Assembly (NCBI GenBank): GCA_963788655.1
Contig: CAWBHS010000045.1
Location: 1-59,585 of the forward strand
Direction of reading: 5' to 3'
DNA from: an uncultured Verrucomicrobiae bacterium
GTDB taxonomy: Bacteria > Verrucomicrobiota > Verrucomicrobiia > Limisphaerales > JAFGQR01
Length of the DNA stretch: 59,585 nucleotides
The notes under the pieces are model-generated. The model ran no database searches, was not told the origin of the DNA, and saw only the letters and a program-made list of their open reading frames with translations. A program made the translations under genes and the position numbers. The first letter of the stretch is position 1. The number at the start of each line of letters is the position of its first letter. Shown here piece after piece: positions 33,669 through 42,788 of the stretch.

Positions 33669-34018
33669 CAACGTGCTGTCGGCGTCCTGCCGGCAGAATC
33701 GAGCACGGAGAGGCGCGCGAATTGGCGCCCCCGTTCGGTGGGCCTTCCTCCGTTCGCTCTGCCGGCAAGATGCCGGCAGCACACTGCACAACGTGTTGTC
33801 GGCGTCCCGCCGGCAGATTCGGATGCAGAAAGTGCGCGCGAATTGACTGCCCCCGTTCGATGGGCCTTCCTCTGTTCGCTCTGCCGGCAAGATGCCGGCA
33901 GCACACTGCGCAACGTGTTGTCGGCGTCCCGCCGGCAGATCGAGCAGGGGTGCGCACGAATTGGCGCCCCTGTTCGGGGCCCTTCCGTTCGATCTGCCGG
34001 CAGGATGCCGGCAGCACG
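33669..34018. repeat. Three tandem ~120-bp palindromic REP-doublet units
   Basis: Units start at 33669, 33789, 33911; each CGTGYTGTCGGCGTCCYGCCGGCAGA...TCTGCCGGCARGATGCCGGCAGCAC. Confidence 0.9.
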
Positions 34019-34069
34019 ATAAGCAGCGTGCCATCGGCGCCACAGGACGTTGCATCTGCCCAAATTGGC

Positions 34070-34567
34070 TCACGCCGATTTCAAGTATTGCCACAGGTCG
34101 TGGAAATCGGGTTCCGCGAGAGCCCGTGGTCCCAACTGGCTTTTGTCGCCGATCATCAACGCTTTTTCCAACGCGGCGGCCGCTTCTTCGCACGCCCCCA
34201 TGGCTGAGGCGTAACACGCCATTTGGTAATGAATATCCGGATCATGAGGAAAATCATCTGCGACTTCCGCCAGGGTTTCCCAGGCATCCTCGGGCAGTTC
34301 CAGGCGCCGCAGTGATTCCGCCAGACACAACCAACCCTTCGGTCGGCGTGGCGCCAGATCGGTGATGGTTTCGGCAACTTCCACGCATTGAAACCATTTG
34401 CCCCGGTGAGCGAGAATGGCCCAACTAATCTCGAGGACGTCCGGGTGCCGGCGCATTCGCGGGGTGATGCAGGCGAGTTCCGCGTGAGCTTCCGTGGGAT
34501 TGTTCAATTCCAGCCAGCCTTGCGCGGCCTCCAGATGGATGCGATCAGAAAATGACAGTGATTTCAT
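34070..34567 (-). CDS. Small TPR-like protein
   Basis: HLEAAQGWLEL..HYQMACY..ALAEPDF helical-repeat pattern. Confidence 0.7.
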   Translation of the reverse strand: MKSLSFSDRIHLEAAQGWLELNNPTEAHAELACITPRMRRHPDVLEISWAILAHRGKWFQCVEVAETITDLAPRRPKGWLCLAESLRRLELPEDAWETLAEVADDFPHDPDIHYQMACYASAMGACEEAAAALEKALMIGDKSQLGPRALAEPDFHDLWQYLKSA

Positions 34568-34772
34568 GACTTCCTTAAACGGTTGATTGAATATCCCTAT
34601 TCCCTTAGACCCGGGCGGGATGATGGCGAAACGATGCCAATAATTCAACCAAAAAATTGCGGTTTCACGAAAAATCAAACCTCCTTCAATAGATTCCTCG
34701 CTGGCAACGTCTGAAAGGATGTCCCCTGAGGGTTCCCGGGGGAGTCAATCACGTGATGCAACCAAAGTAACA

Positions 34773-36203
34773 ATGAAAAACAAACTAAACTCCAGCAAAG
34801 TATCGAGACGTGAATTCATGGGTGGTGTGGCGGTAGCCGCGGCGGCGTTCCAGGTCGTGCCGGGCTTTGTTCTCGGCCTCAATGGCGCCACGCCCCCGAG
34901 CGAAAAACTCAACGTGGCCGGCATCGGCGTCGGGGGGCAGGGCGGCCATGACATCGGCCAGTTTGCCAATGAAAACGTTGTGGCCTTGTGCGACGTGGAT
35001 TGGGCGCACGCGGCCGGCTCGTTCAAACGGTTTCCCAAGGCCAAACAATACAAGGACTACCGGAAGATGCTGGAGGAGATGGACAAGTCGATTGATGCGG
35101 TGACCGTGGCCACGCCCGACCACACGCATGCGTTCGCTTCGATCATGGCCATCAAGCTGGGCAAAAACGTCTATTGCGAAAAGCCGTTGACCCATTCGGT
35201 GTGGGAAGCGCGACAAGTGGCCAATGCCACGCGCAAGACCAAGCTCGCCACCCAGATGGGCAACCAAGGCCAGGCTTCCGAAGAAACTCGTCGCCTTTGT
35301 GAATTTGTTTGGAACGACGCCATCGGCCCGGTGCGCGAGGCTCATATTTGGACCGACCGCCCATCGCGCGGGCTGTTTGATGAGTACTGGCCGCAAGGTG
35401 TTGACCGGCCCAAAGACACTCCGCCAGTGCCGGCCCAACTGGATTGGGATCTCTGGATCGGCGCCGCGCCCATGCGGCCGTACAACCCGATTTATTGTCC
35501 GTTCCGCTGGCGGGGTTGGTGGGACTTTGGCACCGGTGCGCTGGGGGACATTGGCTGCCACGCCATGGACCCGGTTTTCCGCGCGCTCAAGCTCGGCGCC
35601 CCCGCGGCGATTCAAGCCAGTTCCAGCCGCGTCAACAAGGAAACCTATCCGTTGGCTTCGATGGTGACTTATTATTTCCCGGCGCGCGGTGCTGAAGTGC
35701 AGGCGAACAATTACCATGTTTTGGGCATGCAGGGAGTGGGCGCCGGAGCCGTGGCCATGCCCCCGATGAAATTGGTCTGGTACGACGGTGGATTGCGCCC
35801 GCCGCGTCCGCGCGATTTGCCTGAAGGCGTGCGAATGGGCGACAATGGCCGCATGTTGGTGGGAGACAAAGGTTACATTCTGGGCAATCGCGTCTTTCCC
35901 GAAAGTCGAGCCAAAGAATGGCCCGAGCCGCCGAAGACCATCCCGCGCGCCGGCGACCATCACCAGGAGTGGGCGAAGGCGTGCAAGGGCGGCAAACCCG
36001 CCGGCTCGAATTTCGACTGGGCCGGGCCGCTCGCCGAAGCCGTCCTCCTGGGCAACGTGGCGTTGCGAGTTGGACTGCGCGACGACCTCACACTGGCCGC
36101 ATTGCAATGGGACGCGGCGAACCTGAAATTTACCAACCTGCCTGAGGCCAATAAGTACCTCCGTCGCGAGTATCGCGAAGGCTGGCGGAACATTCTGAGC
36201 TGA
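34773..36203 (+). CDS. Tat-exported Gfo/Idh/MocA oxidoreductase
   Basis: SRREF Tat motif; GIGVGGQG; TPDHTH; CEKPLTH; WRGWWDFGTGALGD. Confidence 0.9.
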   Translation: MKNKLNSSKVSRREFMGGVAVAAAAFQVVPGFVLGLNGATPPSEKLNVAGIGVGGQGGHDIGQFANENVVALCDVDWAHAAGSFKRFPKAKQYKDYRKMLEEMDKSIDAVTVATPDHTHAFASIMAIKLGKNVYCEKPLTHSVWEARQVANATRKTKLATQMGNQGQASEETRRLCEFVWNDAIGPVREAHIWTDRPSRGLFDEYWPQGVDRPKDTPPVPAQLDWDLWIGAAPMRPYNPIYCPFRWRGWWDFGTGALGDIGCHAMDPVFRALKLGAPAAIQASSSRVNKETYPLASMVTYYFPARGAEVQANNYHVLGMQGVGAGAVAMPPMKLVWYDGGLRPPRPRDLPEGVRMGDNGRMLVGDKGYILGNRVFPESRAKEWPEPPKTIPRAGDHHQEWAKACKGGKPAGSNFDWAGPLAEAVLLGNVALRVGLRDDLTLAALQWDAANLKFTNLPEANKYLRREYREGWRNILS

Positions 36204-36225
36204 GCCTCATCGAAGAATTCGTTCA

Positions 36226-36263
36226 CGTGGCGGCGTCTCGTAAGAGCGCCGCCATCTTTTTTT
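36226..36263 (+). terminator. Intrinsic terminator formed by a REP family B arm
   Basis: TGGCGGCG-T-CTC-GTAA-GAG-CGCCGCCA followed by TCTTTTTTT. Confidence 0.6.
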
Positions 36264-36270
36264 ATGAGAA

Positions 36271-36352
36271 GGTAGAGCGGGTCAATCCGTGCGCGCCGTC
36301 GCATTCCTGGAGGCACGGTCTGCAAAATTCGGCGGCGCGCAGAGGACTGCGC
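36271..36352. repeat. Degenerate GTAG-type REP doublet, family C
   Basis: GGTAGAGCG..TCCGTGCGCGCCG ... CGGCGCGCAGAGGACTGCGC. Confidence 0.5.
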
Positions 36353-36636
36353 AGAGGGTAAGGCGGAGGGATCGAACCTCCACCTCCCCGTTGTCGCGCT
36401 GGGGTCCATTCCCCTGATTTTTCGAACATGACTCTTTCAGTCAAACGGCGACCCCAACGATCCCAAACCGAAAAATCTTCGATTTATCCGACGACGATGG
36501 GACCATCAATCGCGAAAACCAAGGGCCACCATCCACTTCCCCGATTGGGCCGAGCGGTTGGCTGCCGCGGGACCTTCCCGAACTCCCTTGAAACAATGAA
36601 TCTGTAAAACGGCGCAAAATCTGTTTCAATCCAACC

Positions 36637-38400
36637 ATGCAAGCGACTCGATCATTATGCGTGGCGTCTCTGGCACTGGCGCTTGGCTCGGCCGTGTCCG
36701 CTACCTACGAGGTGGCCCAGCGCAGTCCGCAGGCTACCGATGAGGGGCCCGGTAATGCCAACCGGCCGTGGAAGACCATTGGCAAAGCAGCGGAGCGGGC
36801 CCGCCCGGGCGATACTGTCGTGATTCACAGTGGCGTGTATCGGGAAGGCATCCGCGTGCAAGCCAGCGGCACCGCGCAAGCCCCGATTCGCTTCACAGCG
36901 GCGCCGGCGGAAGCAGTGGTCGTGACTGGAGCCGATCACCTCACCGGATGGCGGAGAATGGACGAGGCACATGCGATTTACCGGGTGAAATGGCCCCACA
37001 AGTTCATTACGTGGAATCCGAAAATGACCCATCCCGGCGATGAATATCACCAGCTCATTGGCCGTTGCGAACAGGTGGTCGTGGATGGTTATCTCCTGCG
37101 TCAAGTGCTCCAAGCCGGCCAACTGGCGCCGGGAACATTCTTTGTGGATATTACCAATCAGGCGCTCGAAGTCTGGGACATCGGCAATCGCGATCTGAAC
37201 AAGACCCACGTCGAAGCTTCCGTGCGGCAGGAAGTGTTTCGGGTGGACGGCGATTATGTCCAACTGCGCGGATTGCATTTTCGTTATGCCGCCAATATGG
37301 CCCAACACGGTGCGGTGGTGTTGGCTGGGCATCACGCCACGATGGAAGACTGCACCGTCGAGAGCATGAATGCCAGTGGAGCGACGTTCACGGGGGAAGA
37401 TGCCGTGGTGCGCCGGTGTGTGTTCCGCGATAACGGGCAGTTGGGTTTCGGCGCTGGCCGTGCCCATCGCCTGCTATTTACGGAATGTCTCGTCGAGAAC
37501 AATAACACCAAAGGCTTTGACCGCGGCTGGGAAGCCGGCGGGGACAAATTGGTCTTGTGCCGCGAGGCCGTGCTGGAGCGGAGCCGGTTTGTCCGGAACC
37601 ATGGCAACGGGATTTGGTTCGACATTGGCAACACCAATTGCACCGTGCGCCAATGCCTCATCGCGGACAACGAGGATGCGGGAATCTTCTACGAAATCTC
37701 CTTTGCGCTGCACGCGCACGACAATGTCATCACCGGCAACGGCTTTGCCCCGACCGCGGGCGCGTGGGGCGCGCAGGCGGGCATTTCACTGTCCAGCAGT
37801 CCGGGCTGCGTCATCGAACGGAACTTGATCATTGGCAATCGCGAAGGCTTCAACTTCCGCGAGCAGACACGCTCGACGCCAACCATCGAGGACCGCGCCG
37901 GTCGTCCGGTGTGGAATCATGACGAACTCATCCGCCACAACCTGATCGTCCGCAATCGCGACGCGCAAGTGTGGGGCTGGTTCGACGTCAAGGACAACCG
38001 GCATTGGCCCGCGGGTGGTGCGTCAGTGAATCGAGCTGAGGCCACGACTGCCAAGGCCGGAGATATTGCCGCTGCCTACAGCGCGAAAAATGGTGGAGGC
38101 CAACCGCAGGGATTGACGCTGGAGAAGCTCCATTTGAAGTTTGAAGACAACGTCTATTTCGCCGCTACGGGGCAGGGCTGGTTCAACTGGGGCACAACTT
38201 GGGCGCGTCACAAGCGCTACGCGAGCTTGAGCGAATTTCAATCTGAGCTCGGCATTGACGTTGGCAGCCAGGTGGTTGATCCAGGCTTTGCCGATGTGTT
38301 TCAATTGGACTTTCGGCTTCGTCCGGCCGCCATGGATGAGTTAAAGGACAGCTATCCGCGAGGGCCGGTGCCGAGCGTGATGTTGGGCGTGCAAAAATGA
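36637..38400 (+). CDS. Secreted right-handed parallel beta-helix protein (DUF1565-like N-terminus)
   Basis: PWKTIGKAA..PGDTVVIHSGVYRE; GIWFDIGN, GIFYEIS beta-helix repeats. Confidence 0.85.
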   Translation: MQATRSLCVASLALALGSAVSATYEVAQRSPQATDEGPGNANRPWKTIGKAAERARPGDTVVIHSGVYREGIRVQASGTAQAPIRFTAAPAEAVVVTGADHLTGWRRMDEAHAIYRVKWPHKFITWNPKMTHPGDEYHQLIGRCEQVVVDGYLLRQVLQAGQLAPGTFFVDITNQALEVWDIGNRDLNKTHVEASVRQEVFRVDGDYVQLRGLHFRYAANMAQHGAVVLAGHHATMEDCTVESMNASGATFTGEDAVVRRCVFRDNGQLGFGAGRAHRLLFTECLVENNNTKGFDRGWEAGGDKLVLCREAVLERSRFVRNHGNGIWFDIGNTNCTVRQCLIADNEDAGIFYEISFALHAHDNVITGNGFAPTAGAWGAQAGISLSSSPGCVIERNLIIGNREGFNFREQTRSTPTIEDRAGRPVWNHDELIRHNLIVRNRDAQVWGWFDVKDNRHWPAGGASVNRAEATTAKAGDIAAAYSAKNGGGQPQGLTLEKLHLKFEDNVYFAATGQGWFNWGTTWARHKRYASLSEFQSELGIDVGSQVVDPGFADVFQLDFRLRPAAMDELKDSYPRGPVPSVMLGVQK

Positions 38401-38416
38401 AATTGTTTCCCTGAAC

Positions 38417-38491
38417 CGTAGCGGCGTCTTGGTAGAGCGCGGCAAACTTGAGCCACGATAGTGTGTGGCGCTCTGCCGAAACGCCGCTACG
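38417..38491. repeat. GTAG-type REP doublet, family B
   Basis: CGTAGCGGCGTCTTGGTAGAGCGC ... GCGCTCTGCCGAAACGCCGCTACG. Confidence 0.8.
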
Positions 38492-38569
38492 CTAGCAAGT
38501 GTCCCCTCGTGTCATGTATCCCGAGGCTTCGTCAGTAACAATACCATCACCTCCTCTTCCCAACCGGTA

Positions 38570-38833
38570 TTACCCAGCAATGCGCATCGTAACGGATTTC
38601 ACTCCAGCCCAGTTCCGGAAGCAGTCTGCTTCCTGGTAAAGACAATGGCAGGCATCCGCGCCTTCGTTGCCCCCGCGGCGGTCGTAGGTACTCCGCAGGA
38701 ACGCCCGCCGAGACGTTGATATGGCCCAGTGGTCCCATTGACGATAGGCGTTCAAACCAACGGGAATGGTGGGTGGTTCACTGGCCCGGATCGCCGGGCA
38801 AGCCAGCTTGGAAAGCAGGATGACAATCCACAT
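38570..38833 (-). pseudogene. N-terminal fragment of a secreted (DUF2961-like) protein
   Basis: Signal peptide + IPVGLNAYRQW..RSTYDRRGGNEGAD, then sequence breaks off; family assigned from memory. Confidence 0.5.
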
Positions 38834-38854
38834 TCGCTGCGATAGCATGCGCCC

Positions 38855-40484
38855 ATGTTTAAACGACTCCATGGTTTCCGCGCAGCGGTTCTTCTGCTGA
38901 TTTGCTCCCTGGTTCGACTTTGCGGGCGCCGCCCCGTTGGAACGTTGGCTTTACACGCCGCAAAATCTTTACGTCAACGCCAACATTGATCGAGTGGAAG
39001 CCCTGTGGCGCCGGGCCGCCCAGGCCGGGTACACGCACGTGCTGTTGAGCGATTCGAAGTTCGCCAAGCTCGGCGACATGGACGAACGTTACTTCCAGAA
39101 CGCCGCCCGCGTGAAGCGGATCGCCGCGGAACTGGGCCTCGAAATTGTCCCGGCGCTCTTCGCGATCGGCTATTCGAATGACCTGCTGTGGCACGATCCG
39201 AATCTCATCGAAGGGTTGCCCGTGCGCGAGGCGCTGTTCGTGGTGCATGACGGCGTGGCGCGGCTGCAAAGTGAAGTGCCCGTGAGTTTCCGCGGCGGGG
39301 ATTTTTCCGATTTAAAACTGTGGGATTGGAAAGATGACCTCGTGCAAGCCGATCACGGGACGGCGTTGGTCAAAGATCCCCAGGGCGCCAACGCGCGGAT
39401 TGTGGCGAAGATCAAGGTCCAGCCGTTCCACCAATACCACCTCGCGGTGCGTGTCAAAACGCAGGCGTTCCGGGGCACGCCAGAGGTCAAGGTGCTGGCC
39501 GGCGACCAGTCGTTGAACTATCAGAACCTCGGCGTCAAACCCACGCAGGATTGGCAGCCGCACCACGTGGTATTCAATTCCCTGTCGAACTCCGCCGTGA
39601 ACATCTATTTCGGTTGCTGGGGCGGAACGACCGGTTCGCTGTGGTGGGACGAGGCCACAATTGAGGAAGTGGCTTTCGTGAATCTGATCCGCCGCGCAGG
39701 AGCGCCGTTGGTGGTGCGGCGCGAGGATGGAACCACGTTGACCGAAGGCCAGGAGTTCGAGCCACTCAGCGATCCGCTCATGGGTGCGAAACCGTGGAAA
39801 GGCGAGTATGACGTATATCACCAACCGCCGTTGCTCAAAACTCGGTTGCCGGAAGGAACGAAGCTGCGGATTTCGTATTACCATGCCGTGACGGTCTATG
39901 ATGGCCAGGCAATGATCTGTCCCTCGGAACCGCGCACCGTGGAACTGTTGCGGGACCAGGCCCGGCGCATGCATGCGTTGTGGGGAGCGCATGGATATAT
40001 GATGAGCCACGATGAAATCCGTGTGCTCAACTGGTGCGCGGCCTGTCAGCGGCGACACTTGGATGCGGGTGCCATCCTGGCGGACAATGTTCGGACCTGC
40101 ATCCGGATTTTGCGCGAGGTCAATCCTGGCGGGCGCATTTACGTCTGGAGCGACATGTTTGATCCCCACCATAACGCCCACGGCAACTATTATTTGGTGC
40201 GCGGCAATCTGGCCGGCTCGTGGGAGGGACTCAACCAATCAGTGATCATCGTGCCGTGGTATTTCGAAAAGCGAGACGCCTCGCTGAAATGGTTTGCCGA
40301 CCGCGGTAATACGCAGGTGATCGCTGGTTACTATGACACCATGCCGGACCGTGTTCGCGACTGGTTGGCGGCCGCGAAAAAAGTTGAGGGCGTGCGCGGA
40401 GTGATGTACACGACCTGGCAAAACAAGTACGGCGATCTGGAACGGTTCGCCCAAGTGGTGGCGGATTACGCGCGCGACAAATAG
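38855..40484 (+). CDS. Secreted GH20-like protein with carbohydrate-binding insert; frameshift after the signal peptide
   Basis: MFKRLHGFRAAVLLLICSLV leader; MMSHDEIR; VWSDMF; GVMYTTW. Confidence 0.55.
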
Positions 40485-40519
40485 CCCGTTCAAAAGCATG
40501 AACACCAATCTGTAACCGT

Positions 40520-41929
40520 ATGGGTAAACCAACCGATGTGAGCGTCGTCAACGCGGTGTTGTACTTTCTGCCGGTGCAAACCCGCGTGCCGCTCAAGTTC
40601 GGACCGGAAACGCTCACGCGCGTCACCTGTGCGCGGGCCTGTGCCACCGTGGCTGACGCCCGCGGCCGCCGGGCGGTCGGCTGGGGGGAGACGCCGCTAA
40701 GCGTCCAATGGGTCTGGCCAGGCGCGCTGCCATACGAATCCCGACTGGCGGCGCTCAAGCAATTCAGCATCCGGCTGGCAGAGGCTTGGGTGCAGTTCAG
40801 CCGCCGCGGACACCCGTTGGAAGTCGGCCATGATTTCCAGGCGGAAGTATTGCGGCCGTTGCTGGACCGCTTCAACCAGGAGCGCCGCGATTTGGGTGAG
40901 CCGATGCCGTGGCTGGCGGCGTTGGTGTGCTGTTCGGCCTTTGACCTGGCGCTGCACGATGCTTACGGCCAGTTGCACCAACTGCCGATTTACGCCACGT
41001 ACAACGCCGAGTTCATGACCCGCGACCTGGCCGCGTTTCTCACCCCGGCGGAGGGCACGCGGATTTCCTTCAAAGGCAGGTTTCCCGAGGACTTTCTCAT
41101 CGCCCGGCCCGCGCCGCAACTACGCGCCTGGCATCTGGTGGGTGGACTGGATTTATTGGAGGAAGAGGAATTGACCGGCGCCGAGCCGCAGGACGGGTAT
41201 CCGGTGTTGCTGCCGGATTGGATCCTACGTGACGGCTTGAAATGCCTGAAAGTGAAACTGCGCGGGAACGACTCGCAGTGGGATTTCGAGCGTTTGATCA
41301 AAGTGGGTTCGCTCGCCGAGGCGATGGGTGTGGAATGGTTGAGCGCGGATTTCAATTGCACCGTCACCAATCCCGCGTACGTGAGCGAAATGCTCGACAG
41401 CCTGCGCGACCAATCGCCGCGTTTGTATGGGATGATCCTGTATGTGGAACAACCGTTTCCTTACGAACTGGCGCATCACCGGATCGACGCCCACAGCGTC
41501 TCATCCCGGAAACCGTTGTTCCTCGATGAAAGCGCCCATGATTGGGAACAAGTGAAGCTGGGACGCGAATTGGGCTGGTCGGGCGTGGCGTTGAAGACGT
41601 GCAAAACCCAAACCGGTGCAATCCTCAGTGCCTGCTGGGCGCGGGCGCACGGCATGACGTTGATGGTGCAAGATCTCACCAATCCAATGCTGGCGCAAGT
41701 TCCGCACGTCTTGCTGGCGGCGCACGTGGGCACCATCATGGGCGTGGAAACGAACAGCATGCAGTTCTATCCCGAAGCCTCGAAACCTGAAGCCTCGGTG
41801 CATCCGGGGCTCTATCAACGCCGCGACGGCCGCGTGGACTTTTCGACAGTGACGGGCGCAGGCTTCGGCTATCGCGTCGCCGAAATTCCCCGCCAACTGG
41901 CCGAACCGGTCGCGGTGTTCGGACGATAA
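40520..41929 (+). CDS. Mandelate racemase/enolase superfamily protein
   Basis: CLKVKL, ADFN, YVEQP, LDES, ALKTCK metal and catalytic motifs. Confidence 0.8.
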   Translation: MGKPTDVSVVNAVLYFLPVQTRVPLKFGPETLTRVTCARACATVADARGRRAVGWGETPLSVQWVWPGALPYESRLAALKQFSIRLAEAWVQFSRRGHPLEVGHDFQAEVLRPLLDRFNQERRDLGEPMPWLAALVCCSAFDLALHDAYGQLHQLPIYATYNAEFMTRDLAAFLTPAEGTRISFKGRFPEDFLIARPAPQLRAWHLVGGLDLLEEEELTGAEPQDGYPVLLPDWILRDGLKCLKVKLRGNDSQWDFERLIKVGSLAEAMGVEWLSADFNCTVTNPAYVSEMLDSLRDQSPRLYGMILYVEQPFPYELAHHRIDAHSVSSRKPLFLDESAHDWEQVKLGRELGWSGVALKTCKTQTGAILSACWARAHGMTLMVQDLTNPMLAQVPHVLLAAHVGTIMGVETNSMQFYPEASKPEASVHPGLYQRRDGRVDFSTVTGAGFGYRVAEIPRQLAEPVAVFGR

Positions 41930-41930
41930 C

Positions 41931-41982
41931 GTAGTCGCCGACGTATCTGACCGTGGCCCGCCTCCTCACGTCGGCGGCTACA
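41931..41982. repeat. REP family A doublet, left arm partly deleted
   Basis: GTAGTCGCCGACGT ... CTCCTCACGTCGGCGGCTACA (right arm identical to 8625-8645). Confidence 0.8.
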
Positions 41983-42061
41983 GCCTCCCGGCCGTAAGCG
42001 TCGCAATGCTATTTGCTCGAATGCTTCACCAATCGCAAATCCGCTGTTACCATGCCGCTAC

Positions 42062-42766
42062 ATGACGATCTTATTAATCGCCACGCGCAACACGCACAAG
42101 GTGCAGGAAATCCGCGCCATCCTGTCGGATCAATTCGAGTATTTGTCACTGGCGGATTTTACGCAGGCGCCGCCGGTAGTCGAAGATGCACCCGACTTCG
42201 CCGGCAACGCCACGAAGAAGGCGACCGTTCTGGCGGATTGGCTTCGGCACCGCGGCCAGCCGCATGCTTGCGCACCATCTCCCCATTTGTTTGTCCTGGC
42301 CGATGATTCTGGATTGGAAGTCGATGCTCTCAACGGAGCGCCGGGCGTACACTCGGCGCGGTTTGCCGCGTTGGATCAATCGGCGGAGGCGAACGGGCAA
42401 GTCGTATCGGGTTCTGGCAATTCTCCCGACGCGGCGAACAATGCGAAGTTGCTGCGCCTGCTGGCTGGCATGCCTTTGGAAGAACGCACCGCCCGGTTTC
42501 GCTGCGTGTTGGCGTTGGTGAAAGTTCATCCCGCGCCGCCGGCGGCTCCCGTCCAGCTCTTCGAGGGAATTTGTCCCGGCCATATTGATTTGGCACCGAA
42601 AGGGCAGGGGGGCTTTGGCTACGACCCGCTCTTCATTCCCGAGGGTCATTGCCAGTCATTTGCCGAATTGGGCGAGGTGGTGAAGAACCAGCTCAGCCAC
42701 CGGGCCCAGGCTTTGATGAAAGCGCGGGACTGGCTGGAGGGGGAAGCCGCTTCGCCGATTGGGTAA
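42062..42766 (+). CDS. rdgB: Non-canonical purine NTP pyrophosphatase
   Basis: ATRNTHK, ADDSGL, PGVHSARF, GFGYDPLF, KNQLSHR. Confidence 0.93.
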   Translation: MTILLIATRNTHKVQEIRAILSDQFEYLSLADFTQAPPVVEDAPDFAGNATKKATVLADWLRHRGQPHACAPSPHLFVLADDSGLEVDALNGAPGVHSARFAALDQSAEANGQVVSGSGNSPDAANNAKLLRLLAGMPLEERTARFRCVLALVKVHPAPPAAPVQLFEGICPGHIDLAPKGQGGFGYDPLFIPEGHCQSFAELGEVVKNQLSHRAQALMKARDWLEGEAASPIG

Positions 42767-42788
42767 GCACACTGTTCCAGGAATTGGT

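Noticed and set aside
33669..34018. CRISPR array
   Set aside because: Inter-repeat cores are homologous to each other, the repeats alternate in orientation, and there are no cas genes
36365..36381. tRNA-like T-arm on the minus strand (GGAGG-TTCGATC-CCTCC)
   Set aside because: No matching acceptor stem, D-arm or CCA nearby
36428..36606. Short possible ORF or gene remnant upstream of the beta-helix gene
   Set aside because: No recognisable motif and no consistent frame
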